A DNA stretch of 20,000 nt from Veleropilina oligotropha. Taxonomy: Eukaryota. The notes beneath the pieces are model-generated. The model was given only the letters and a program-made list of their open reading frames with translations, was not told the origin of the DNA and ran no database searches. The stretch spans positions 423,767 to 443,766 of the forward strand of contig JBEUKZ010000069.1 of the NCBI GenBank assembly GCA_048128005.1. Direction: 5' to 3'. The position numbers and the translations under genes are program-made. Positions 1 to 12,474 of this stretch are shown here, one piece after another. Position 1 is the stretch's first letter, and the number at the start of each line of letters is the position of its first letter.

Positions 1-1000
1 AAAATGCACAAGTACTCAGCCTAGTTAATGTGTGTACCATGTTTCGTGAAGTTATCCTGTATGATTGGGAGATATGCTTCAGACAAAAACGCCGTACACC
101 CCACCCCATTCGGCGCATTCGTTCACTGTAGTCTATGTCAATCTTATATCAGCGACTTTTAAAAAAAAAAAAAAAAAACCCTGAAAATAGCAAACGGCAC
201 AACGACGTATACCCAACCTAATTAGTGTGCGTACCAAGTTTTATGAATCTAGCATGTACAATTTGGAATATATGCTTCTGACAAAGGCGTCGCCCATTAT
301 ATTCTATGTCAAGCTTATATCCGTTATTTTTTTTAAATACAAATTTCAGAAACCTATAAATATCAAAATGCACAACTACTCAACCTAGCTAATGTGTATG
401 CCATGCTTCGTGACGCTATCCTGTATGGTTTGGGAGGTATGCTCCGTACAAAACCGTCACACTCCATTCATCGCCTTCATTCATTGTAGTCTATATTATA
501 TGTCAGACTTACATCACTTATTTTTTTTAAATACAAATGTCCGAAACCTGAAAATTGCAAAAGCCACAACTACTCAACCTAGTTAATGCGTGTATTAAGT
601 TTAGTGAAGCTAGCCTGTACAGTTTTGGAGATATGCTCCTGACAAAAGCGTCCTACATTATAGTCTATGTCAATCCTATATCCGACATTGTTTGTAAAAA
701 AGGCACAAGTACTCAACCTAGTTGATGAGTGTATGAAGTTTCGTGAAGTTAGCATGTACGGTTTTGGAGATATGCTCCGGAAAAAAGCGTCATCCATTAT
801 AGTATATTTCAATCTTGTATCCGCCATTTTTTGTAAAAATAAAAATTTCAGAAACCTGAAAATATCAAAAGGCACAATCACTCAACCTAGTTAATGAGTG
901 TATGCAGATTTGTGAAGCTAGCATGTACGGCTTTGGAAAAAGGCTCCGGACAAAGTCGAATGACCGGAAGGACGGACTGACGGAACGCTATACACCCCCA
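1..1000 (-). mobile_element. Non-autonomous Helentron/HINE-like element carrying a tandem array of ~140-195 bp units (runs off the window start)
   Basis: The motif CACAA(C/G)TACTCA(A/G)CCTAG and variants recur at 7, 198, 371, 565, 704 and 873. The array ends in a degenerate (GACG) microsatellite (ggaaggacggactgacgg, ~965-983) and TATACACCCCC. Short-tandem plus satellite-array architecture is known from invertebrate Helentron-associated elements; the family assignment is inference. Confidence 0.6.
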
Positions 1001-1220
1001 TATATATATACAATATATTTTGTGAGGCCGAAACTATTTTTGTATACTAGTACTATCTTAAATATTGTATTGACTATGCCAATGACGCAAAATTATACAT
1101 ATATGTGAGCATTTACCAACTTACGACCAAGTTACGAATACCCCTTATCAGGGCTAACTTGTTGAGCATATCTCTAGTCCTGCGTAAGCTGCGACCGACA
1201 TGTGCAACGAGCGTAAATAC

Positions 1221-1365
1221 TTAAGCCCGACTAAATCGGTAGACACGTCCAGACTAAGACTTACGCATCGGTCATGCAACCAGCCACTGGCGAAAATATT
1301 TAAGCCCGACTAAACAGGTAGATCATACGTCCAGACTAAGACTTACGCCTCGGTCATGCAACCAG
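1221..1365. repeat. Imperfect tandem duplication (79-bp period) of a probable MITE end
   Basis: TTAAGCCCGACTAAA...ACGTCCAGACTAAGACTTACGC(A/C)TCGGTCATGCAACCAG occurs at 1221-1283 and again at 1300-1365. Confidence 0.85.
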
Positions 1366-2423
1366 TAAATTCACATCGGATATTGTGTACAACATTTTAA
1401 CCGGTTCACCGCATACTTTAAAATGGCGTCCCTAATTTGTTGGAGTGCGGATGTTGAGTTATTCGGTAAGAATCGTATTCATTCACTATATTAAGAAGCC
1501 GTACATACAAATGGAACATTGCACTGCATCACGTAAAATAGCGTTTGGGTGAACTGACGCTTCAGTTAAGTATATGTTTGCATGACCGAAATACAATTTG
1601 ATTTCCAAGAAACAATGAATGGAATACAAACATTTCGGTCCTGTGGAAATTCGATGACAAATCTGTGGAGAGTTGCCTTCCATTTTTTCGGCCAATGTTA
1701 ACATTTTCATTCATATTGTAGTCGGATCACCCGTCTTAAACTCTCTATCTGAAAAGACGATTTATAATTGTATACATATTTATATATATCAGCGTACGTG
1801 AAAGCCTGATTGGTTGGTTAAGTTGTTGCTTTATATTCATGCACTCAGCACTTTGTAGATATAATTGGAACTGATCGGCGTGGGTTTGTTTTCGATAACA
1901 ATCAGGGTAATGTAGACTTGAATGCAGTCATAGTTCTTATATTGAGACAACGACAGCATTAATCTGAATAAATATGAAGTAGACCCAAATCTGGGATGGT
2001 CACTTCGGGTGATTGTTCAGCCAACAAAAAAAAAATTAATCAACATATAATAGCAAGCTTAAAGAGACTATTGCCCGTAAATACGCTTAAATACACGAGT
2101 TGTCTCAGGCACGCGTTGTCCTGAATCCCGCTATTGCACGGTTCGCGAAGATTGATCCAAATGTCGCGAAGATATGATCGATATATGATAAAATGATAGA
2201 CTTGTATTGAAATTATTATTGTATCTGGGCAATATTTTTCTTCACACCCCACACTCTTTGTTGCACTCGCTTAGAGCGAAACATGCAATCATGGGCTGTG
2301 TTGACCTTTATTCCTTTGAGGGATATGTTAAGCTAAAATTTGATATATTATTATCCCAGATTAAGTCCATTAAACAACAAATATCCCCAAATGTCTTACT
2401 GGTGACATAACTTGTTTGGTCTA

Positions 2424-2426
<3 letters not shown>

Positions 2427-2513
<87 letters not shown>
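2427..2513. repeat. (TA)n microsatellite
   Basis: Uninterrupted TA run read directly from the sequence. Confidence 0.98.
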
Positions 2514-2518
<5 letters not shown>

Positions 2519-3005
2519 GTTACATGGTTTGTTAGTGACCTAATATGGATATTTATTGGGTGAGTGGGATTTCATATTGGACGAGGCGGAGACCATGTAA
2601 CCTATATATCATGGCAACGACCTAATGGTTTAATTATATTTTACATGAGAATACAGTTGTAATAATAAATTCATTGAATGTCTTAATATTGAGATAAAAT
2701 AAATTTTAATAACGTAATATACGGTGATAAATACATACTATACATGAATTTTACCATACAGCAAGTGTTTTAATTATTTTGGCCTTATCCTCTAGTGTAG
2801 ACAATGCAAATCTCTTCGCCATTATGTAATTAACGCAGTTAGGAATTCGAGAAATGGGTGTCGGCTGCTAACAGAAATAGCAACAAGGGAAGTAACTCTC
2901 GCATCGACGTAATATGAAAGTCTACTGACAGTATATGAAAATATATTACGTCGGCACGTGACGCGATGCAGCCAATGAATGGGCTGCGTGGCTGTCGGAG
3001 TCATG
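2514..3005. mobile_element. Putative non-autonomous element between two (TA)n tracts, with an internal inverted repeat
   Basis: ATAGGTTACATGGT (~2515-2528) is inverted relative to ACCATGTAACCTAT (2592-2605). TATATCATG just after 2600 is inverted relative to CATGATATA at the right end (~3002-3010). Both ends merge into TA runs. Confidence 0.5.
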
Positions 3006-5961
<2,956 letters not shown>

Positions 5962-5964
5962 TGT

Positions 5965-6425
5965 CGATCGTGTCAATCGGGGACATTCATGTGTAGGGAA
6001 CCTGTCAAATGGGGACACCCACCAACCGGGGACGTCCCCGGTTGTCCTGAAGCTGAAAATGGCCTTCTCGAGGCGTTTTACAGTGCCCAGATATAAAAAT
6101 AATCGTTTTCAGTCCATGTCCCCATTTACCCAATTTCAGACGGACCAGACTATACACACGATTTTCAGTGTCATTTTGATCCATACACACAGGTCCCCAG
6201 TTGCGCATCGCAGGACGGACCAAATTGATGTCCCCGGTTGTGCTATTCCCAACATGATTCATACACACAATGTCAAGTCCCCAGTTGCGCATCGCCGGAC
6301 GGATCAAATTGATGTCCCCGATTGTGCTATTCCGAACATGATTCATACACACAATGTCAGGTCTCTAGTTTCGCATGAATGTAAGGGGCCAAATTAGTGT
6401 CCATGGTTGTGCTGTTCTGAACAGA
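5965..6425. mobile_element. Putative non-autonomous DNA transposon end with GGGGAC/GTCCCC subterminal motifs and three ~78-84 bp tandem units
   Basis: GGGGAC at 5979, 6011 and 6028, with repeated GTCCCC downstream. Perfect 22-bp palindrome at 6023-6044. Units begin CATACACACA at 6182, 6260 and 6344. Confidence 0.55.
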
Positions 6426-6664
6426 TGGCAACAACAACTGGGTGCGTATAGTTTTATTTCACTACGCCAACGAACGGGTCAATATATAATAATACAAGTT
6501 TAGTTTAGTAAATTTGAGACATAACGTCGAGTCACTGTTGTAGCCGCTTCAAATATTGAAGTATATTATTATTATAATTTAGGATTCTAGAGAATATTTG
6601 ATCTTGAATGTAAATAATTAAAACGCTCTCAATGTAGAGTACATTCTGATATCCGCAATTGGCT

Positions 6665-6760
6665 TTGTTTATAACACTCGGTTTGTGTTATCTTATCGGA
6701 AAAACCCGCGCGTCTTGGTTTAACTGCAGGCCTTTCCGATTAGGCAGCCATACCTCGTTG
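6665..6760. repeat. Palindromic dispersed repeat, related to 9272-9325
   Basis: CACTCGGTTTGTGTTATC (6675-6692) is the exact reverse complement of 9298-9315. ATCGGAAA...TTTCCGAT forms an internal inverted pair. Confidence 0.65.
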
Positions 6761-6769
6761 CATTTTTAA

Positions 6770-6895
6770 AGCCCAACTTTCCACACCCGCCGAAGTTAAC
6801 TTGGGCACTACCCAGGTTAACTTCGGCAGTGCCTAAGTTAACTCCGTCAGAGCCCAACTTGCCTCGACAAGTTACAAGTTAACCTCGGCAGGAAG
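6770..6895. repeat. Short GC-richer fold-back repeat with recurrent GTTAAC motifs
   Basis: Hairpin GCCGAAGTTAACTTGGG-cacta-CCCAGGTTAACTTCGGC at 6789-6827 (17-bp stem, one T-G pair). Further AAGTTAAC copies at ~6835 and ~6876. Confidence 0.65.
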
Positions 6896-6899
6896 CCTC

Positions 6900-7833
6900 G
6901 TTTTGTATTTCTTTCTATAAATAATAGGCTTATATATGGAGACTACTGAGCTCGATGTAATGAGTTTTTAATACAAATAATTTTTATCCAGTATTTAAAT
7001 ATTTTGTCACGTCTTTTAACGACCATAGTAACCCTCTCAAGTTCACCATATAGAAAATAATTTGATTGCCTTCGTTAAATTTGTAAAGTTTTTCTACAAA
7101 TTTCGTATGGAATTTTCAACTTCGTCAGCTTTGTGGAAACCCCTAACGTTAGCTGCGTAGTTCAATACCGGGCTTACAAGTGTATCAAACATATTATGTT
7201 GAGTCTGTAATGGAAATTTATAACTATTAATTATATGTATTAAACCACTCAATGCCCGTTCGCCTTGCTGAGATTTTCGTTTTTGTGTATAATTAAGATT
7301 TCCACTTTTGTGTAAGAGTACGCCAAGATATGTGAAAGCGTCTAGCTGTTCGATAGTTACATCATTATAGATCAATTCGAAGTGAGGTTGTGATCGTTTC
7401 CTTGTAAATATGACAATTTTTTTTTTATTGATTTTGACAGATATATTCCATTTCTCGCAATATTTTGAGAGATGGTAAAGTTTGTTCTGTAGTGCTAAAC
7501 CAGGTTTAGCGAATAACACAGCGTCATCCGCAAAGAGTAAGGAGAATAGTATGATAGTTTCAATCGATATTACATCACTGATATTATGAGGATTATAATT
7601 AGACATAAAATCAGTAACAAAAAACAAGAAAAAAGGGGAGTCATTGGTTCACCTGGCTTCACACATTGATGACTTCTAAATGTATTTGAAACCAGGAAAT
7701 CGTGGTTAACACATACATCGACCTGCGGGTACATTAACCATCTTAATAATGTTGTTGCCTTCCATGCATGGTTTATAATAAAGGATATCTCTATTCACCT
7801 TATCGAAATCTTTCTCATAGTCAATGAAAGCGT
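6900..7833 (-). pseudogene. Degenerate non-LTR retrotransposon ORF2 (reverse transcriptase), RTE-X-like
   Basis: Minus-strand motifs in correct order: AFIDYEKDFDKVNR (~7790-7832), CVKPGEPMTP (degenerate GVKQGEPLSP, ~7635-7667), LLFADDAVLF, YCEKWNISV, FTYLGV, FDTLVSPVLNY and LYGELER (~7032-7053). Frameshifts are present. The clade call is by motif recall only. Confidence 0.85.
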
Positions 7834-8402
7834 GTGGGGGAAATGGCAGTGCAAACGCCGTACTTGTTACTAACTGCTATGAACAACCGCCACTAAAATG
7901 GTACGAGTCAAATTTTCCTTTTTCGTCACAATCGAACTGCTGAAGAAAATTTTAACAATTAAAGTTGAGAAATAACCCCTCCTGCATTACTCCAGTGCCA
8001 AAGGTAATAGTAATACAATTCAGCTTTAATAATTTGGGGTATTCTTAAAGTCATTTGTATCAGGTTTGACATTTTGTTTTACTTTGCTTGACCAGCTTTG
8101 GGGGGGGGGGGACGACAATAACGTGAGCTTCCCGAGCTTTCACTATATATCGTCTTTCAAATATTTTACGTCACTTCCTTTCACATTTTAGCGGAGCGGG
8201 ATCGGTTGGTCATTGGTTGACTCGTCAGACATTTAACGGATACCTTTTGGTAATCTCGATTTTCAACCCAGCTGTCGGCTCATTCTATACCACTTAAAAT
8301 AATAGAAGAAGGTTGTCCTATAATGTTATGTGGGCAGTCAACATTCATAAAGTTGGCATTTTACCAGTATATAGCAGATCACCAATGTGGGCGGTTGTCT
8401 TG

Positions 8403-8672
8403 GAAAGGAAAGTATTGATGCTTAATGTCCTGTATATTTCCAACCATCATTTTGTTCAAATCAGGACATATCCGCATTATCTAGGGATGAAAGCCCGGTC
8501 GCTCGAGGAAACCCGTTCCCTCCGACCAGTTACGGACAACTTTGATTCATAACTTGAACAAATGTGTGCTGGCCCAGCCGAGGTCTGAACCCACTACTGT
8601 TCGCGTCAGCGGAATCAAGCCGGTGATTTTTCAGAGTCCACAACCGATACCACATAGCTGTCGAAACGGCCC
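8403..8672 (-). mobile_element. tRNA-derived SINE, most complete copy of a family seen four times in the window
   Basis: On the minus strand: A-box-like CAGCTATGTGG (8650-8660), B-box-like GGTTCAGACC (8582-8591), and tail ...GGACATTAAGCATCAATACTTTCCTTTCC. Body and tail are homologous to ~17003-17125, ~18047-18190 and ~18536-18673. Confidence 0.75.
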
Positions 8673-8965
8673 AGTTTTCTTGTATATATACTGGGAATTA
8701 ATTTTATCGTTATATACGACATATCATCTTTGTTGAACTGTAAGAAAACAATATGGAACTGCTAATTGTTACTACCCCATTCGATAAATAGAGACATGAT
8801 AATTCGTGCTAATTTAAGATATAACTGGAGTTTCCGAAGTTTTCACTATAAATGCATGTACTTTCCACAGATCACCATTGTAGAACAATGAACATTTCCT
8901 GCAAGTGGACGACGCGTTCTAGCCCTTCACACAATAGAACGCATATGTTTTGTATCGCGGTAATT

Positions 8966-9270
8966 GACATGAAAGACGGGAAGGATATAAGAGTGGTGTT
9001 CTGTGACATTAGCAAAGCGTTTGATAGAGTATGGCATCGTGGATTATTATTCAAATTAAGACAAGTAGGCATATCTGGTCCTTTATCGAGATGGTATCAA
9101 TATTACTAGACGAACGATCACAGTGCGTTGTTATCGCAGATTCACAGTCAGACAACCTTAAGGTCAGAGCTGGATTACCACAAGGGTCAATTATTGGCCC
9201 TCTATTGTTTTGTATATGCATATATGGCATAGGTATAGATATTAACGCTGGTATTTAATTATTTGCAGAT
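8966..9270 (+). pseudogene. CR1-like LINE reverse transcriptase fragment
   Basis: DIRVVFCDISKAFDRVWHRGLLFKL, a frameshift near 9105, LDERSQCVVI...AGLPQGSIIGPLLF, then a stop and LFAD. Confidence 0.9.
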
Positions 9271-9395
9271 ATTTAACTGATTGGCCTTTTCCGATTGGAT
9301 AACACAAACCGAGTGATAAAACCCACTTCAACCATTACAAAAATAAAATCATAAAAATGGTTTAATAAAATATTCACGACGCACTCGTTACATCA

Positions 9396-9860
9396 TTTTT
9401 GTCTCGCCCGAAGGGAAAGAGGCTATAGGTATTGATTTTCTGTCGGCGACTGCGACGACGACGGCGTCGTCAACAATTGTTAAAGTTTTGCGTTTAGCTC
9501 TGTTTCTGAAACAGTATATGTAACAGATCAACATAACTTGGACCATAGATGCTTCATGGGGACTGTTGTGTACCGTGACTATGTCATCATAGTAATCTGT
9601 GTTAAGTTTTTGCGTTTGGCTCTGTTTTTCAAAAAGTATAAGTTCTATAGAGATCAACATAATTTGGACCATAGATGCTTCATGGGCACACTGATGTTTT
9701 ATGAATGCTTCGAATGCTTGATATATAACCTAGATTGTATGTACCGTGACTTTGTCATCATAGTCAGTTAAGTTTTTACGTTAAGTTTTTGCGTTTAGCT
9801 CTGTTGCTCAAAAGGTATGTGTTCCCGATCAATTACATTTACACCATAGATGCTTCATAA
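9396..9860 (+). mobile_element. Second Helentron/HINE-like non-autonomous element with internal tandem repeats
   Basis: T-rich start TTTTTGTCTCGCC, then a (GAC)n/(GTC)n microsatellite at ~9445-9471. Units contain TTTTGCGTTT(A/G)GCTCTGTT (~9487, ~9608, ~9787) and ACCATAGATGCTTCAT (9542, 9668, 9843). Confidence 0.6.
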
Positions 9861-10077
9861 GTGTATGAGCTGAGGGAGGCACATACATGTTAATCCTTCC
9901 GCTTTGTACCCCCTCACACCACCACCCCAAAAATGTATGAAGACGTTACATGATTTATTTTCGCTACACCTACCCACTATAGCAGTTATTATGAAAAGTT
10001 TAATTATACCTTGTAATATTGAGGATAGAAAAGTAACAGAGATATATTCCTTTTTTGTTAATTTACTTATGTAAGTA

Positions 10078-11610
10078 TACTGAGTCAAAAAAGAAACTTC
10101 ACATTATTTCTTCTGGGCATAAAAAAGAACAAGAGATGATAAAATGGTTAAATTGTTATTATTTCATTGCTGAGATGTGTGTGATGTACTCGATACACTG
10201 ACAGTGCCACAATCAGTTCCATTAGGCTACACCGCCGTTCCAAAACACGTGTATACAGAATGTCAAGTCACAAGAATAGAAATTCGAAATTTCTCAGTTC
10301 AATATCGTGTATGGCCGCCTCGCGCATTCACCACTGCCAAACACCGTCTCCTCATCGACCGCCTGATGTTTGTGAACACGTGGTTGGGGATTCTGCGCCA
10401 TTGCTCTTGCAAGGCAGCGCCAAGTTCCTGCAAATTCTGTGGTTGGTGTCTAAGACCACGAAGCCTTCTCCCAAGTGCATCCCAAACGTGCTCGATTGGA
10501 TTAAGGTCAGGGGACCTTGATGGCCAGTCCATGACGTTGATTCCAGCGTTTTGAAGGAAATTTCGTGTCAACATCGCGGTATGCGGCAGCGCATTATCAT
10601 GCTGGAAATGTAGACCTGGGCCATGAGCCGCCATGAAAGGAACGAGTTCAGGGATGAGCACCTGGTCGCGATAAGCAGCAGCTGTGATGTTTCCACGAAT
10701 GACCAGAAGTCGAGAACGGTTGTTCCCACAGAAAGCACCCAACACCATGCAACTTCCGCCCCCGAATATGTCCACTTCCTGCACACAACACTGGGCATAC
10801 CGTTCACGACGTCGTCTCCAGACTCTATGCCTGCCGTCCGCGAATCTGAGGGTAAACCTTGATTCATCGCTAAAGACGACTCGATTCCAGTCTCTTTGGG
10901 TCCATCGGAGGTGACGTTGGGCCCACAGCAGACGTTGACGTCGATGAAATGGCGTAAATATTGGCCCACGATATGGACGTCGAGGATGGAGATTGGCAGC
11001 CCGCAACCGATTTCGAATGGTCTGTGAGGACAGTCGACCTCTAAACATCTCAGCCCTGGTTCGTGCAGCCGGCAGAAATCTGTCACGTAGGTGACGTAGG
11101 ACGATGTAACGGTCTTCTGCTCGTGACGTTACACGTGGACGACCCGACCTTGGGCGATCAGAAGTGGTGCCAGTTTCTTGTAGACGAATTCGCAAGTCAT
11201 ACACAGTACGACGGCTGCATCCCATTGCTCTTGCGACGTCAATAACTGATCTTCCCGCGTGTAACATGCCAACGGCACGTTCACGTTGCACATTTGACAA
11301 TCGTGGCATTTAAAGTACCGTTAGAACCGTGGTTTCAAAGTGTTTTTTCAATTCCTGAGGCCAATGCAAACAAGTGCAAATGAAATCAACATCGATGTGA
11401 AGATTACGTGACCGACTGCACGTGCAAAACCTGATTTGGCACTAACGTCATTTGCACGAGGAATGGATGAGTTTGAGGGGGGTTTGCTAACGTTTTTCTA
11501 GCGTCGAACGATAGGGATCCCATTTCGGATACATAGATGTATCATCAGAGAAAAATTATTCATTACTTTTTCAAATTACACAAAAGTGAAGTTTCTTTTT
11601 TGACTCAGTA
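10078..11610 (-). mobile_element. Full-length Tc1/mariner (DD34E) DNA transposon
   Basis: Perfect 25-bp TIRs TACTGAGTCAAAAAAGAAACTTCAC (10078-10102, reverse complement at 11586-11610), flanked by TA at 10076-10077 and 11611-11612, enclosing a transposase ORF. Confidence 0.97.
10299..11309 (-). CDS. Tc1-family transposase, 336 aa
   Basis: N-terminal HTH region, GRPR linker, VVFSDESRF (D1), FQHDNA (D2) and WPSRSPDLNPIEHVW (E), with 34 residues between D2 and E. C-terminal GGHTRY. No stops or frameshifts. Confidence 0.96.
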   Translation of the reverse strand: MPRLSNVQRERAVGMLHAGRSVIDVARAMGCSRRTVYDLRIRLQETGTTSDRPRSGRPRVTSRAEDRYIVLRHLRDRFLPAARTRAEMFRGRLSSQTIRNRLRAANLHPRRPYRGPIFTPFHRRQRLLWAQRHLRWTQRDWNRVVFSDESRFTLRFADGRHRVWRRRRERYAQCCVQEVDIFGGGSCMVLGAFCGNNRSRLLVIRGNITAAAYRDQVLIPELVPFMAAHGPGLHFQHDNALPHTAMLTRNFLQNAGINVMDWPSRSPDLNPIEHVWDALGRRLRGLRHQPQNLQELGAALQEQWRRIPNHVFTNIRRSMRRRCLAVVNARGGHTRY

Positions 11611-11978
11611 TATTATGTCTGTACGATGAAAGGGACATATGCTTATCTGTAAGATTTGCTCACCGCTAATAGGCATAGTAAGCTGTTAAGCTTAATGGTC
11701 ACTGAGATGCTGGGATTGCCAAAATCAGATGAATTTTGAAAACTGGCTTCACCATTGGTTTATTCCATGGGTATCTTGAGATGGCAGTATATATTGCCAT
11801 TACAAGAACAAAATGTACCCTCTTCAACTGGTCATGGCATACATGTTATGAATTCAGCTCAGATATATTGAAATGCAAAACGGAATTGATTATTGGTTAT
11901 CATTTGGGGAGGCAACCTCGCCGACCGCATAATGGAGACAATGATGAACTGATGTTTAACAACCACGGCAACAGTATT

Positions 11979-12026
11979 TGAGAGAGAGAGGGTGAGAGAG
12001 AGAGGGGGAGGGAGAGGGAGGAGAGG
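11979..12026. repeat. Degenerate (GA)n/(GGGA)n purine tract
   Basis: Read directly from the sequence. Confidence 0.9.
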
Positions 12027-12264
12027 TCTTACATTACTATGTTTTGACCAGCACTGCATGTTAGGTAGTACTTCTGAGTCCTAACTTTACAAATGGAAAT
12101 GTCTACTTTCCAAATTTGAAGCGGGGACGGGCGAGATATATAATTCCGCGGAATTTCTTGTGCTAGTAATATATACTTATTATCATAGATCCGGGTAATT
12201 TTGCATAGGGCCAAAGTGTTTAATAACAACCATAATCAACATGTGTATTATTGATTTTCTAATT

Positions 12265-12474
12265 GTGATTGGATAATTTAATCAATTAAACTGAATAATA
12301 GCCAATGACAGAGCGGGTCATACAAGGTCATTTACCGTGTATCGGACTATTTTCTACTATGCGCTTTCGGCGATATGCGATTTAATCGATCAGAACAATA
12401 TGGCCATGGTCAAAGGAAAATACTACAACGACAAATATTTAGTTGAAATATTAAGTGCAGTCATCCAGGTAAGA
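12265..12474 (+). promoter_or_regulatory. Candidate promoter plus short first exon
   Basis: GATTGG at 12268, AGCCAATGA at 12300, DR4 GGGTCA-taca-AGGTCA at 12315-12330, ATG at 12400 with 23 open codons, then CAG|GTAAGA at 12468/12469. Confidence 0.25.

Noticed and set aside
1..960. Regularly spaced repeats resembling a CRISPR array (also 6182-6423 and 9480-9860)
   Set aside because: The sequence between the conserved motifs is itself homologous between units, so there are no unique spacers. Units are long and degenerate, there are no cas genes, and the context is eukaryotic.
8190..8290. Possible second tRNA-like SINE head on the plus strand (TGGTCATTGG...TTTTCAACCC)
   Set aside because: The B box is too degenerate and there is no second copy in the window.
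8570..8672. tRNA gene
   Set aside because: A/B-like boxes are present, but there is no convincing cloverleaf and the segment is joined to a multi-copy SINE body.
10177..11245. Several ORFs overlapping the transposase (e.g. 10177-10554 +, 10568-11086 -)
   Set aside because: They are shadow ORFs of a GC-rich coding sequence with no recognisable motifs.
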